This document shows, in pieces, positions 27,646 to 42,805 of a stretch of 64,000 nucleotides of DNA. A model generated the notes under the pieces. It ran no database searches. It was not told where the DNA came from and worked only from the letters and a program-made list of their open reading frames with translations. Made by a program: the position numbers and the translations under genes. This DNA comes from Octopus vulgaris (Eukaryota). Position 1 is the stretch's first letter, and each line of letters starts with the position of its first letter. The DNA is taken from contig OX597821.1 of the NCBI GenBank assembly GCA_951406725.2, positions 41,354,001 to 41,418,000 of the forward strand, in the 5' to 3' direction.

Positions 27646-29722
27646 GGCAAATGAAAGACGGAGGATGGAATATACAAGAATTTATTATTTATCACAATTG
27701 TTTCAACACATCTAGCATTGGTTCCACATAAGCTACAGGTATAAACCATCCGTTTTACTATCTATAATATATATGTGTGCATACGATGGGCTTCTTTCAG
27801 TTTCCATTTACCAAATACATCCACGTGGCTTTGGTCGGCTCGGGGCTATAGTTGGAGACACTTGCCCAAAGAGCCATGCAGTGGGACTGAACCTGGAACC
27901 ATGTGGTTGGGAAGCAAGCTTCTTACCACACAGCCTCTCCTGCACCCATGTATGATATGTACGAATATATCTGCATATACACACACACACACACATATTT
28001 ACATGCATAGATATGCATATGTGTCCATGTTCATATATTCAGAAACCTTTTATTTCCTCTCTCACAATCCATGGTTCCTTGCTTCACAGGTTTATCAGGT
28101 TTTTATATGATAATTGGGAACATGAAATTTTTATGACTAGATGGACGGTGCCAGCTACTGTAACTTGGTATGAAGAGTATAGTCACTTGCTTGTATGGGA
28201 GATTAATTGTTATTTTTAGAAAGATCACCATCATGAATATTTTATATTTTGCTGAAGCCAAGGACCAACTGAAAAACAAAAATTGTTCCAAGTGTGATTC
28301 TGTCATTTGATTGATTCAAATTAGCATAATTGTTATATTTTAATTGGTTTAAATTTTTCTGATGAGGATTAAAAATGTGTAATTTGGGCCCCTCTGGATT
28401 TCATTTAGTCATTGAAATGAAAACTTCCTGTTAGTTCCATTCTCCAGTGTGTTTATAGTCTTTAAGATGCCACACTGAGTCAGTAGGAAAATTTAGAGAA
28501 CTGGTTCTGTGAACTGTGTAACTTTAGTAATCTGTTTGTGTAAACCATTGTAAGTCCCTTGAATCCTATCACCACTTTGGTACATGCCACAGTATCCAGT
28601 TTGAGGATTTTCAAAATATTATCAAAAGCTTCCATATATAAATCACAGTCCATTGGTTATTTCTTTTAATGTTTAAAACCTTAAAAATTTGCTCTGAATG
28701 AGAAATTCTTAAAGGTTTAAACATTTCTCTGTAGTTCATCTCCAAGATGGAGAAGTTCTTATTAATGCAGTACCTATTGGAGATTTTATTGGTATGGCTT
28801 AGTAGAGAGACGAGGGAAAGCAGAGCTGCTCACAGGAACCAGTGAGAACGTTTCTAAATGGTTATGTATGGTTACAAAGTTGGCATCCACTTTACCAATG
28901 CGAGGGCACCAAATCCATTTTGGCATTATTAGGCCTTTTCAGTGGCACATACTTGCGGCCAGCCTTATGTTCAGATGAGAACTTGTAATGTTAGACATAG
29001 GAATAAATGAATAAAACATTATTTGATGTTGCAAATAGCTGGCTGTGAGTACCACCATTGAAAAGGTCCCAAACAGTTCAAAATAGTCCTGATGCTCTCA
29101 CTGGTCCCTACTGGAATGAATTTTTGTGTGTCTCCCTATTATTTATTGTTTTTTTTTAATACATTAAGTCCATAAGGGATGTTATCTCAGGATAAAATAC
29201 TGCAGTAACTGGTCTATCAACTGTGAGTATATACATTACTTATGATACATAGATTCCTATTTTAATTCAACTAAAAATTCAAAGAACTGCTACAGCTAAC
29301 AAGAACTGTCAACCTCAAGATCAAAATAATTTATTATAAATGTACTCAAGATGTATTCCTTCAGATATCTGTACACTGTTGTCATCTCAGTGTAATGTAC
29401 ATAGAATGATGTGTCCTTACTCATTACAATTCTGGAAGTCTTTGCAGAATTTGATTCTAATGATTGTCGTATCTATGGGCCTTGTTTAGTCAACCTGCAG
29501 AGCATTAAGGAGCTAACAGTGGTGTAAGAGTTGAAAAATTACTAGCAATGAAGGATGTTGCTTCATTGGATCTCATATAATATCGCTTTTAGGCCTTTTG
29601 GTTGGTCGTTCACATGATCAGCACACCTCGTTACAGCTAATGAGAGTGGCATATAGATACATTCATACAAGTATAAATGTGTGTGTATGTTGTGTAAGTG
29701 TATGCATACATATGCATACACA

Positions 29723-29785
<63 letters not shown>

Positions 29786-30374
29786 GTAAATATATACATG
29801 TATGTATGCATATATGTATATGTATGCATGTATGTATGTATGCATATATGTAGCATGTATGTGTATGTATGTATATTTGTGTGTATGTATGCATACATGT
29901 ATATATATGTATGTATGTATTCATATATGTATGTATGTATTATGTATGTACGTATGTATGTACGTATGTATGTATGCATATATGTATGCATGTATGTATG
30001 TATGTATGTATGTATGCATGCATAGTTAATTCATAAATACCCTATATGCTTGATAAATAGGTTATTTGCTAATGCACAAGCCCTTGTTTACAACTCTCAA
30101 GTGAGGCCAACAATTCAGCCGTCTTCGTCTTTCTTCCTCTTGTACAGATTTTAATGCCCACCTTCCCTACAACAACCCTATTTACCCTAAAAGTATTTTA
30201 ACAGCTCACTGTTTAATTGCTTTATGAAACACTCTTATTATTTGTTCAACTAAGTGTTTGCATCGTGACGCTGAGTGCGGGTCCTCATGCGTTCAAATGA
30301 TTGTGCTTCTGCATACGTACACGCACATATATATATGTATGTATGTATGTTTATTTGCAGATACACATACATAT

Positions 30375-30425
<51 letters not shown>

Positions 30426-30490
30426 TACATATATACGTATGTATATATGCATATATATATATACACATAGAATATATGTTTACATACAGA

Positions 30491-30543
<53 letters not shown>

Positions 30544-30687
30544 TATATGTATATATATACATATATACATATATACATATATACACACACATATATATAT
30601 ACAGATTCACATACACATATATACATGGAATATATGTTTACATACATAAATATACGTATACACATAGAATATATATTTACATACACA

Positions 30688-30728
<41 letters not shown>

Positions 30729-31150
30729 TGCACACATATATCTATGTATATCATAAATGCCCTCAGATTCTAAGAAGGGTTTAGAGAAGGATAGAGAAAA
30801 ACCGATTAACAGTTGGATATGCAGAGATATGTATTAAAATTAGAATCAAGGAACGCATTTTATTATTATTCTTATTATTATTTCTTTTTGTTGTTGTATG
30901 GTGTAACAAAATCCTCTTAATCTGTGTCATCAGTTTTAAACTTGGCTAAATTAATGGTAGGTTTGTTTCCTAATAGAAAACGGTCGGCGTTAACAAAGGC
31001 ATCAACTTTTAAAGCATCTTCTTCAAGAGTACAGTAATATGCGGGGATTTTAGCCCAATTCCATCGTAAACATTTAAAAACCTTTATCAATTTCATCATT
31101 ACCCTTTATATCATCCATGTTATCGTTGTTTTACAACCACCAACATCACT

Positions 31151-31187
<37 letters not shown>

Positions 31188-31274
31188 GCATCGTCATTTT
31201 TATCAATAGGGAAGGTGATGGTCATCATAGTCGTCATCATCATGATCATCATGATGATCACCACCACCACCACC

Positions 31275-31305
<31 letters not shown>

Positions 31306-32534
31306 CAATTATAATTACAATGAAGATAGCCATGATGATGATTGTATTTGCCATTCAAAGGATATCTGATCGTGTCTATAAACCTTTTGCGATATATAAC
31401 TATTTAAAAGGATTCCTACTAACAGAGACATCAAATTTTTATGTAACGGCAACAATATCAATAACGGCACTCATTAATCATGCATAAAAGCATTGCCTTG
31501 ATAAGGTCCTTTGATTTTTAGATATATATTTTGTTTTCAGCACTAAATGGAGAAAGCATTTAATCAAACACGAAGATGCAACAATATTTAGCTTTGTTTA
31601 GCAAGGGAAAACCAGTGATTCAGCTGACATCATAAGTATCTATACACGCCATTTTTGATGCAAAAGGCTTCCCTTATAAAATCTCCAGTGATATTTGCTT
31701 AATTGAAATAATCCATGTTGAAAGTTGAAAGCTTAACTAGAAATTGGCAATATAGTGCATGCCAAACATATTTATAGATGTGTTAAAAAGGAAGGGACAG
31801 AATTGGAGTAGTTTATTGATAGTAATGTAGGTCTATGATTTATTGTCAGCTGCAGAGAAAATTAAAGGAATTTTCTCTTGATCTGCCAGCATATACTGTC
31901 ATGGAAAAAAGAGTTTTTCAATCATATTGCAATTCCCTGTATAAACAGTTCAGTACTATTTGTTATTTATAGTGGGTTACGCATGACTTGTTTTATTTCA
32001 TTTATAAACAGCAAGAAAGAAATACAATTTGTTGTGAACTGCTTAATGTATTAACAGTCACTACTAGTGCTCAACTTTTGTCTCGCTTGAATAGAAATAA
32101 AAAAAAAGTCTTATTTAAACAGTTGTAACTGTATTGTAGCCGAATAAAATATATATATATATGTGTTTGAGTGATGTCTGTAAATAGACTAAGAATTTGT
32201 TAAATGATATTTGCTTCAATCAAAACCAATGCTAAAAGACTAATATTTTCCAATTATGTAGTGTTGACCTCTTCGCTACCTCTGCAAAAAAATAAAATAA
32301 AACAAAAGTTAGAACTCTTTACCGATGCAGACAAACAAGGTTTTGTCCAAATCACCAGAAACTACACAACAAAAATGAGAATACGCAAAGTACACAGTTT
32401 TATAAGTAAATATACACTGAAGAAACTCTAGTTGGTTAATCATTGGAATTTCATTATCTTATTTTTTTTATTAATTAATATTTTTTATATATATTTTATA
32501 CTGTAAAAGTATATCAGGTATATAATAGCATGAA

Positions 32535-32912
32535 TGTTGGTTGGCTGGTTGGTCATCTGGCTGGCTGGTTGGTCATCTGGCTGGCTGGTTGGCTGGCTGG
32601 TTGGTCGGTTGATCAGTTGGCTGGTTGGTTGGTTGGCTGGTTGGCTGGCTGGCTGGTTGGTCGGTTGATCAGTTGGTTGGTTGGTTGGTTGGCTGGTTGG
32701 ATGGCTGGTCAGTCGGTCAGTTGGTCAGTTGATTCGTTGGTCAGTCGGTTGGTTGGTTGGTTGGTTAGCTGGTTGGTCGGTTGGTTGGTTGGTTGGTTGG
32801 TTGGTTAGCCAATTGGTTGGTTGGTTGGTCGGTCAGTCGGTTGGTTGGTCAGTTGGTTGGTTGGGTCGGTTGGCTGGTTGGATGGCTGGTTGGTCGGTTG
32901 GTCAGTTGGTTG
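32535..32912. repeat. Degenerate (TGGT/TGGC)n array
   Basis: Directly visible. Confidence 0.95.
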
Positions 32913-34250
32913 GTATGCTCTACATTGTATAGAAAGAAAGAAAGAAAGAAAGAAAGAGAGAAAGATAGAGTAAGGGAGAGTTACAGTTACCATAAGAGAT
33001 GAAAGATAAATGCTCATACTAGGCTTGGTGGCATGCTATCAGCAAACACACCCACACAAATACACAGAGTGAGAGAGACAGAGTCAGAGAAAGAGAGGAG
33101 GTGAGGCGAAGGAGGAGTAAAGGATAGAGTTTTTAATGGGAGGAAATTATACAAATAAGAAATTTATTTAAATTTTATTTCAAGGTAATTAATATTCTTC
33201 TTCTGAGAGTGACCATAAGGTAGGAAGTACAGTTCCCAGCCACATGGTTCCAGGTTCAGTCCCTTTATGAGGCACCTTGGGCAAGTGTCTTCTTTTATAG
33301 CTTCAGGCCAAACAAAGCCTTGTGAGTGGATTTGGTAGATGGAAACTGAAAGAATCCTATCATATATATGTAAGTGTGGTGTGGTGGTGTGTGTGTGTTT
33401 GTCCCTCTTCACAGCTTGACAACCGGTGTTGTTTTTTTTATATCCCCATAACTTAGTAGTTTGGCAAAAATTACCAATAGGCTTTAAAAAAATGTGCTGA
33501 GGTCAATTTATTCAACTAAAACTTCTTAGTACTGGGTAGTAAAGTCAATGTAAAGTTGCAGTCCTGCTTAGGACAATATCACTACCGTTTAGCCCCAGGA
33601 AAACAGTATATACTGTGAGCAAGGCAACCATCACTGCAAACTAGATTTTTGCAACAAAACTATAAATTACCAAAGAGAATAAATACAAGGAATTGTTCTG
33701 AGAGAAGTACAATTACTGGTACTTGATATCAGTCATCCATTGTCACTGTATTCCCTCACCATTCTGCAAATTATTTGAAAGAAGGTAAGCAGTTATTGGA
33801 AAATAATTTTAGTCATTTGTTTAAAGAAATATCAAGCTATAAGGCCAGTATCTTCACAGACCAGTGACTAAAATCAGTAAAAGAAGAACGGAATAAATTG
33901 TTGGACAGTATCTTCGCTTTCTTTTTTGTATTTGCATTGTACAAATGTTTTTCTTTTATCTGGGTGATAATCATCAGGTAACCCTGATATTACACATCAT
34001 GGAAAAAATTGCCATGTAGTAGCACTGCATTTGATACACAACTCACTTCTGTTGTACTTCATTATACATCAAAGCAAAGGGTCGTATTTATTGACAGAAC
34101 TATTTATTCAAGGGTAAATCTTAACAGTAATAGAATTCTATTAAATGTATAAAGCAGTTCTATGCTAGACGTACAAGCATGCATACAAGCATACATACAC
34201 AAATATATATATATATATACATACATATATATATACATATATATATATAC

Positions 34251-34339
<89 letters not shown>

Positions 34340-34343
34340 CATA

Positions 34344-34480
34344 GGCGCAGGAGTGGCTGTGTGGTAAGTAGCTTGCTAACCAGCCACATGGTTCCGGGTT
34401 CAGTCCCACTGCGTGGCATCTTGGGCAAGTGTCTTCTGCTATAGCCCCAGGCCGACCAATGCCTTGTTAGTGGATATGTA

Positions 34481-34519
<39 letters not shown>

Positions 34520-34711
34520 ATGTGTTTGTGTGTCTGTGTTTGGCCCCCTAGCATTGCTTGACAACCGATGCTGGTGTGTTTGGCAAAAGAGACTGATAGA
34601 ATAAGTACTGGGCTAACAAAGAATAAGTCCTGGGGTCGATTTGCTCGACTAAAGGCGGTGCTCCAGCATGGCCACAGTCAAATGACTGAAACAAGTAAAA
34701 GAGTAAAAGAG
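34344..34711 (+). mobile_element. SINE family A
   Basis: ggcgcaggagtggctgtgtggtaag head through the gtaaaagag tail. Confidence 0.9.
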
Positions 34712-34741
34712 TATACATGCATGAATACATGCATATACAAT

Positions 34742-35040
34742 GGCCCAGTGGTTAAGGCAGCAGACTCGTGATTGTAGGATCGCGGTTTTGATTCCCACAC
34801 AGGGCGTTGTGAGTGTTTATTGAGCAAAAACACCTAAAGCTCCATGAGGTTTCAGCAGGGGGGGGGGTGAACCCTGCTATACTCTTTCACCACAACTTTC
34901 TTTCAGTCTTTCTTCCTGTTTCTCTTGTACCTGTATTTCAAAGGGCCAGCCTTGTCACACTCTGTGTCACACTGAATCTCCCCGGGAACTACGTTAAGGG
35001 TACACGTGTTTGTGGAGTGCTCAGCCACTTGCATGTTAAT
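34742..35040 (+). mobile_element. tRNA-derived SINE family C
   Basis: Head ggcccagtggttaaggcagcagactc...ggttttgattccc. The body is shared with 38147-38510 (-) and 45679-46042. Confidence 0.75.
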
Positions 35041-35275
35041 AAATGAGATGCAACGTCACTGGTGCCAAGCTGTATCGGTCTTTGCCTTTCCCTTGGATAA
35101 CATCGGTGGTGTGGAGAGAGGAGGCTGGCATGCATGGGTGACTGCTGGTTTCCATAAACAACCTTGGCCAGACTTGTGCCTCGGAGGGTAACTTTCTAGG
35201 TGCAATCTCCATGAAAAAATTGGTATAGATGCATACATACATACACACACACACACATAAATATATACTTATATC

Positions 35276-35329
<54 letters not shown>

Positions 35330-35659
35330 TGTATGTATGTATACCAATTTTTTCAAGGAAAGGGTGATAGTAGCCTTTAACTTTTGTTTTGCTCCTAATC
35401 ATCAGACTGTGGTTTACTTTGATTCTTGCTAGCTTGATATATAGTTTTGACCAGTCATTCTTTTAGTAGGAGAAGTAATGCAAATAAGAGTTAGAGGTGG
35501 TGTAGGTATGCAGAGAATGTGATTGTTTAGGAAGGGATGAAATACAGAAAAAAGAGGAAAATATATAGCTTGTTAATATGCAAGCTTTGAGACAGGTGGG
35601 ATGGAGATAGTTAATCTGGTTTGATAGGGGTATATATAAATATATATATATATATACAT

Positions 35660-35694
<35 letters not shown>

Positions 35695-36422
35695 AATATA
35701 TAGTTCAATCATGTGTAAAATAAAGTGATAAACAGATGTGTCATGTTCAGGTCATAATGTGTTGGCTGAAGCGTTTCTTGTAACTACTCAAGATTCTCTA
35801 TATAAAGTGAGTTTTAGTTCTATTTTAGGATTCCCAATAGAATGTTTAAAGCTATAGCTAATTGTTGGATCCATCACAAAATATCAGGCAGTTGAAGCTG
35901 AAATTCGTGTAGGTGAGAGTAGTTTTCTTTTAAGAAATGTTAAATTGAGTATCTTTGAAAGGTTTGGATTGAGAAGATCACATTACTATATAATATTCAT
36001 TGGGGTTTTCTAATCTGTTTCAAGCTTGGCTATTTATGAGAATATCTATGTAGACAAATGCTCGCATGTAACTGCATATTGTTACTCATACATACGACCA
36101 GTTAAGTGCATCGAAGAATGTTGCATTTTTCCATAGAGATATGAATCTTTAAGGAGATATTAATATATAAAAAATATACCATTTATACAAATATATACAG
36201 TTACCTACAAGTACACCCGTGTATATTTCTATTCATATGTTTATACACATAATTGAATAGATACCTTTTGTCTACACATGTTCAGTTCAGAACTAAAGAT
36301 CTTTTAAACTATTTAATGGGAAGCAAATTGTATTTTTTATAGATGCAGTTGGTTAGTGTAAAAGAAGTCTGTAACATATACACACATGCACACAAACACA
36401 CACATATATATACATGTATTAA

Positions 36423-36652
36423 GGCAGCGAGCTGGCAGAAACGTTAGCATGCCGGGCGAAATGCGTGGCCGTATTTCGTCTGCCATTACGTTCTGAGTTC
36501 AAATTCCGCCGAGGTTGACTTTGCCTTTCATCCTTTCGGGGTCGATAAATTAAGTACCAGTTGCACACTGGGGTCGATGTAATCGACTTAATCCCTTTGT
36601 ATGTCCTTGTTTGTCCTCTCTGTGTTTAGCCCCTTGTGGGTAGTAAAGAAAT
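36423..36652 (+). mobile_element. tRNA-derived SINE family B, monomer
   Basis: ggcagcgagctggcagaaacg...gagttcaaattc (B box)...gcctttcatcctttcggggtcgataaa...gtagtaaagaaata. Confidence 0.85.
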
Positions 36653-36724
36653 ATATATATACATGTATAGGTACTCACCTATGAAAGTACGCCCTTATGA
36701 ATATCTATCACTCTATCTATCTAT

Positions 36725-37255
36725 ACAGCAGATCTATAAAGCTGAAGATCAGTGAAAAGGAGAATACCAACGCTGAGCTATTGAGAAATTTGCAGTTACT
36801 CTATCCAGATTACAAGTTCAGGTTTATACATGTAAATATTGTGGCACAGGGATATGTAACACACTGCCTAAGTACTAATCATGGGAAATTAGGCTTCTCA
36901 AAACAAGAAAGCTGATTTGAAGACTGCAGAGCCAATCCATCCCTGGAACTGTAAGAATCTGTAAAACTTTCCACAAGTTTATCATTTCAGCATATATGAG
37001 TATGTCTAGATGTGCCAACATATACACAAAAAGACATACGTAACACAAAACAAACAAATCTGCACATATACACGCATACATACATGCATACACGCAAACA
37101 TACATACATACATACATACATACATACTTACATACATGCATACATACATACAAAAACACCCTGTTGATGCTGTTGAAATTCCAATGAAGGAGCCTTGAAT
37201 CTAGGTTTGAAACTGGCTCTTTCTCTATTGGCAAGAAATCTTGAAATGAAACATA
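36725..37255 (+). mobile_element. 3' end of an RLE-endonuclease non-LTR retrotransposon (R4/NeSL-like), decayed
   Basis: KISEKENTNAELLRNLQLLYPDYKFRFIHVNIVAQGYV...KLGFS, then frameshifted RKLI*RLQSQSIPGTVRICKTF. This resembles the RLE C-terminal K..KY..L...P..IGA.G region. Confidence 0.6.
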
Positions 37256-37402
37256 ATAATGACATACAGATGTTACTTTATGCATACACATTTACACATT
37301 TCCTTATCCACACATATATGAACACAAGGGTAAGAATAATACCATAACTTTCACAGAGGCAGACCAGCAAACCAAGATCTATTTTGTGAAAAAGAATATG
37401 TT

Positions 37403-37590
37403 GCGGTGGGGCTGAAAAGTTTCTGGATTTGGGTAATAGAAAATACTGGAGGATCTGTTAATTATTATTTTATTCAACATATTCCCCTTTCAGTTTTTCT
37501 AAGCTCTGTGAAAGAACTTGAAAGTTTGAGCCTCCAACCAGGCCTTTCACAAAACCCTTAAAGCCAGGAACTTTTCTGCAGCCCCTCTTA
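37403..37590. mobile_element. Mariner-type MITE
   Basis: Imperfect TIRs ggggctgaaaagtttctgg / ccaggaacttttctgcagcccc. Confidence 0.6.
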
Positions 37591-38146
37591 CTGTTCAGAA
37601 CTCTGATTTGTATTATTATTATTTTTTTTTTTTTTGTAAAAGATTCTTGCATTTTCTGGAAGTGGCTGGTAAGACTAAAGTCATAAATAATAATCTTGAC
37701 CACTTAACAATTTCTTACGGAGTCAGATCTCATAGAGTAGCCACTGAGATCTCAGTGAGCATTTGACAGTCTTCGTTAGAGACCTAATTGTGGCCAAATC
37801 ACACACACACTTGAAATATTTTGAATTGTTTCCTTGTCTGAAGCAAAATTAAATCTTTTGTTATGATTTATCTTTCTCCAAAAGAAACCATAAAAATGCT
37901 TATTGTTGAATAGACATATTGTTATTTTATTTATCATATATACTCTATGGCTCTTACAGTGTATCAATACCTTTGTTTATCTTGCTTTTTTTCACATTCA
38001 ATTAGTGTTGTGTGTATAACTATTCAGTATTGTCGACTGTGCAGTTTTGTCTTAGACTGACTGCATGAGGAGAAATAACAGGAATCCAAAACGACTGAGA
38101 AGTATAATCAACTTTTACTTAAACCAAACACACATGTTACATATCA

Positions 38147-38510
38147 TGGCACTCCGTTAGTTATGAAGACAAGGGTTGCAGTTGATCCAATCATTGGAAC
38201 AGCCTGCTTGGGAAATTAACATGCAAGTGGCTGAGCACTCCACAGACACATGTACCCTTAAGGTAGTTCTCGGGGATATTCAGCGTGACACAGTGTGACA
38301 AGGCTGGCCCTTTGAAATGCAGGTACAACAGAAACAGGAAGAAAGAGTGAGAGAAAGTTGTGGTGAAAGAACATAGCAGGGTTTGCAACCCCCCTCCCTG
38401 CCAGAGCCTCGTGGAACTTTAGGTGTTTTCACTCAATAAACACTCACAATGCCCAGTCTAGGAATCTTACAACTGGGAATCCATTGCCCTAACCACTGGG
38501 CCATTGCACC
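38147..38510 (-). mobile_element. SINE family C
   Basis: Reverse complement of the 34742-35040 body and head. Confidence 0.75.
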
Positions 38511-38576
38511 TCTACACACTGTCATATGTACATACATATATACATATATATGTATATGTGTGTGTATGCAAGTGAG

Positions 38577-38614
<38 letters not shown>

Positions 38615-38615
<1 letters not shown>

Positions 38616-39081
38616 ATTAATAATGAAGGGTACTGCTTGTAATGCCAGCATGCTAAATATAGCAGTCAAAATGACTCAAAGCCACAGTTTACACATGTAC
38701 TCAAGGGCAAAATCAAGGAAACGGGCAGTAAAATTTTAGCAACTCTGTACCATAGACAAAAAGAATCAAATTTTTTAATTTGCCACAGCATTAAAAACGA
38801 TTATCAAGCACATAGATGAAGTAGGCATATTTTTTTACCCTGGGTCAATATTACTCACTGATGAGAACAAAGTGATCATTCACAAAGTTTGAAATCAGTA
38901 TGATATGGGTATGTCTGATTTCATTTTCAATTCTTTTCCGCTATGGTACAGGGTGTTAAACTTTTACTGCTTGTTCCCACGATTTCCCCCTTGTGTGCAA
39001 GTAAAAAACTGTGGTTTTGAGTCATTTTGACTGCTATCTTTAGCATGCTGGTGCTACAAGTAGCATCCTTCATTATTAATT
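38615..39081. mobile_element. Fold-back element with ~150-bp inverted arms and a central hammerhead
   Basis: aattaataatgaagg...gtaccatag versus ctatggtac...ccttcattattaatt. Confidence 0.75.
38855..38903 (+). ncRNA. Type I hammerhead ribozyme motif
   Basis: tca-CTGATGA-gaac-aaa-gtga-tcat-tcac-aaa-gttt-GAAA-tca-GTA-tga. Confidence 0.65.
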
Positions 39082-39224
39082 GATAATTTTGCCTTTATGG
39101 TTCTTTTACACATGCTAGCCACTGATATTATTGTAAATTATTAATAGTAATATCCCTATACATTTTTATATATACATATAGATACAGCTATAGATATATA
39201 AATATATACTCATATACATCTTTT

Positions 39225-39380
39225 TTTCTCTCCTTGTTTTTTCTGTGTCCCTTTCTGTAGAAGAGCATAGGCTCGAAACGTAAAAGACGTTTTCTATTCC
39301 TGAGCTTTATACTAATACACCTGCTTGTTTTGTACACCACCTGTCTTCGTCTTTTGTTTTTTTTTTGTGAACTCTCTCAA
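39225..39380 (+). mobile_element. Penelope-like pLTR fragment with hammerhead-like motif (39251-39286)
   Basis: cttt-CTGTAGA-a-GAGC-atag-GCTC-GAAAC-GTA-aaag. All stems are perfect; core position 6 is T. Confidence 0.7.
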
Positions 39381-40231
39381 TATATATATATATACACCCC
39401 AAATTTTTAATTTCACAAATTTTTACCAAATGGTTTATGATTTTAAGCATAAATTCAATGTGTTATATATGCAATATTGATTCTTATATATTTATATATC
39501 TTTATATGATGTTTATATATTTATATATTACTATATTTTTAAATGTCGGACTTTATATCTGTTCTGTAGATATAAATGAATATATGAATATATGTATGTG
39601 TTTGATCTTTCTGTGGATTTTGTAATATTCCTTTAGTCGCTGCTCACATTGCCTCCCCTCGGATTAATAAGTGTATACACACAAACACGCATGGATGCTT
39701 GCACATGCATGCACACACGCACACACATACATACACAGACACACACACACACACACATACATATATATATGACAGACTCTCCTGTCAAAGGTGACATATG
39801 ACTGTTCAACTTTTTGCCAAATGACCTCCACAAATGATTTGTTTCTAGTGATCAAATGTTCGTCTTGCTGCACATTAGCTCACTCTCTCTCTCTCCATCA
39901 AATCGACACATTGTCTGAACAGGTGTACGGTTTACCACACGTCAGGTGTCAAAGTGAAAGAGTCAGGATTTGGGATAAAAATTATTCATTTAGACCTTTC
40001 ATCTCTTTTGAGAGATTCATCATAAATCTTGAAATATAAAACCTGCACATCACTTCAAACAATATGCATATATGCATACACACACATACACATACACACA
40101 CACTTGCATGCACACACGCACACATGCATACACACATGCACATGCATAGATTCACACACACGCATATATATGAGGAAAGGTGGGCAAACAATTACAGGTG
40201 TAAGGAATGTACTTAACATGTTACATGTATG

Positions 40232-40265
<34 letters not shown>

Positions 40266-40313
40266 CTCATATATATACATATATATACACATATATATAC
40301 ACACATATATATA

Positions 40314-40402
<89 letters not shown>

Positions 40403-40447
40403 GTATTTATACATATATTTATATATATATATATATGTATGTATGTA

Positions 40448-40827
<380 letters not shown>

Positions 40828-41169
40828 CAAATGTATGTCACATATCATATAACATATAAATGTATTCTTTGCACTCATAAATTTTTGTCTTTCTTTCTTC
40901 TTTGAACTTTGTAATTCTTCTAACCAACTCATCTATTTCTGCAATGCTTTACTCTGATTAGAAAGTTTGTGCCTGAGAATTCAATCTCTCTGGGTACTAT
41001 ATTGGTGCCTATCTAACCTAAGTTAGCAACTCCTGGTCCACTAGATGTATATATGTGTTTGTGTGTGCATGTGTGTGCATGCATGTATGTATGCATGCAT
41101 GTGTGTGTGTGCATGCATGCATGTGTGTGTGTGTGTGTGTGTGGCATGTTACAGAAACCTGACAGTTTT

Positions 41170-41800
41170 CAAAATTGCATTAATTTACCAAAGATATAGA
41201 GGGTGTTACATATTTTACAACAACGAGTAGCCCACATGATAGGATTTCAGGAGGAAAACGTGCTTTTGTGATCAAGATGTCTTTGGAAAGAAGTTGATCA
41301 ATTATTCAAATATAGGGAAAAGTTCATTTTCACTGTTAAGTGAATTGTCATGGAAAAATATATTTACAGAATATGTTACTGTTTTGGGTAGAAACTTTCA
41401 GATTGATAGATTTGGCATTGTCTAAAGAAGCCTTAGTATAGGTGTGCAATCTCATTAAATACCTGAGAGTATTGAAGTAGTTTGGCAGGTAGTAGTGAAT
41501 AATCTGTCATTTCACATCAAAGTATGGTCCACGTTATGAATTTTAGATAGAATTGTTGAAGGAATTTTGCACAGTGATTTATATCTTTATCCTTGTTAGA
41601 TTACAAGGGTACAAGAAATAAATCAACATGATTGGGAATACTGGAAAACATTTGCTGAAAACATGCTCACATTTATTGATTTTTTTCACTGAAAAGTAGA
41701 ACTATCAAGAGTTTCTAATCTCTAATGAATGTTGTAGATGTTTTCATTGGTAATAGATCATTGTTGGCATCTCTTATCATCCTGTTTTATGGAAAAAAAA
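41170..41800 (-). mobile_element. Decayed Penelope-like RT C-terminal region
   Basis: Frameshifted remnants (NDRL, SQVFNEIAHLY, ASLDNA, VKMNF) in the order typical of the PLE thumb/linker. Confidence 0.4.
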
Positions 41801-42805
41801 GTTAGATTATCATTGATAATCCTTGTTTACCACTGAAGATACAAACCAATGAAATCAACAGTTCCTTTTACAGTTGTTGGTACTTAAGTTACACATTAAA
41901 TTTTATTCCTAAACACCTGTAACAATTGAAATATGTGGATTAAGTCAATAAGAGAGGGAACAGGAAGGAATAGAAATCAAATTCAAACTCATTCATCTAA
42001 ACCTCTGAAAATCTACAATTATCTATGAATAAAAAATATCCCCATTTTTGGGTATTCAATACTGAATGCACAATATATTAGATATTTGGGTTTATTTTAC
42101 ATATTCCGGTTGATCATTTTGAAGGAATTTATTTTGTAAAAATCAATGATAAATGTGAATTGTGCAGAAATTAAGAGATAGAAACATAACTCAACAGAAT
42201 AGCAACCTTCCAAAAGTCAGTTTCGTTCACAAAACACACTTTCTCACTTGAAAATGCATTTTGTCAATGTTCCCTGGTAATAGAACATAAAATAAGTTCC
42301 GGGGTTAATCTGATTTACTAACAAGGTGGTGTCCCAGCATGGACGTAGTCAAATTACTGAAATGATAAATAAAAAAATTATATCAGTGTGGATTATATTG
42401 AAAAAGAAATACCTCATGGTGTTTATGTTGGGTTTAATTATGTCTCCCCTTTCTGTAAGTTATGACCCCAATCAAAATACTGGTGTCAGTATAATTAACT
42501 AAAGCTGTTGAAGACAATGCTATAGTATGGTCGTAATCCAGTGAAGGATATCTGTAAAAGAAAGAGTAAAAGCAAAGAAAGTTGATGTCCTTCATCTGAT
42601 TAACAGTGGGATAAATGTTAGCCCAAGTAAAACCAGGTTTTCGGGGCCAGTTTTAAATGTCCCTGCATATCTTCAACAAATTCATTTTTAATACCATAAA
42701 ATATATTAAGCTTTCCTGCTTTCCTTATTTTTTATTTTGTTCAAGAAGATAGGAAATGGTCCAAAACGATATGCTTTTGAACAACCAACACCTAGAATCA
42801 TCATC

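Noticed and set aside
28540-29120. Possible decayed LTR-retrotransposon coding region
   Set aside because: No motif could be recovered with confidence in any frame.
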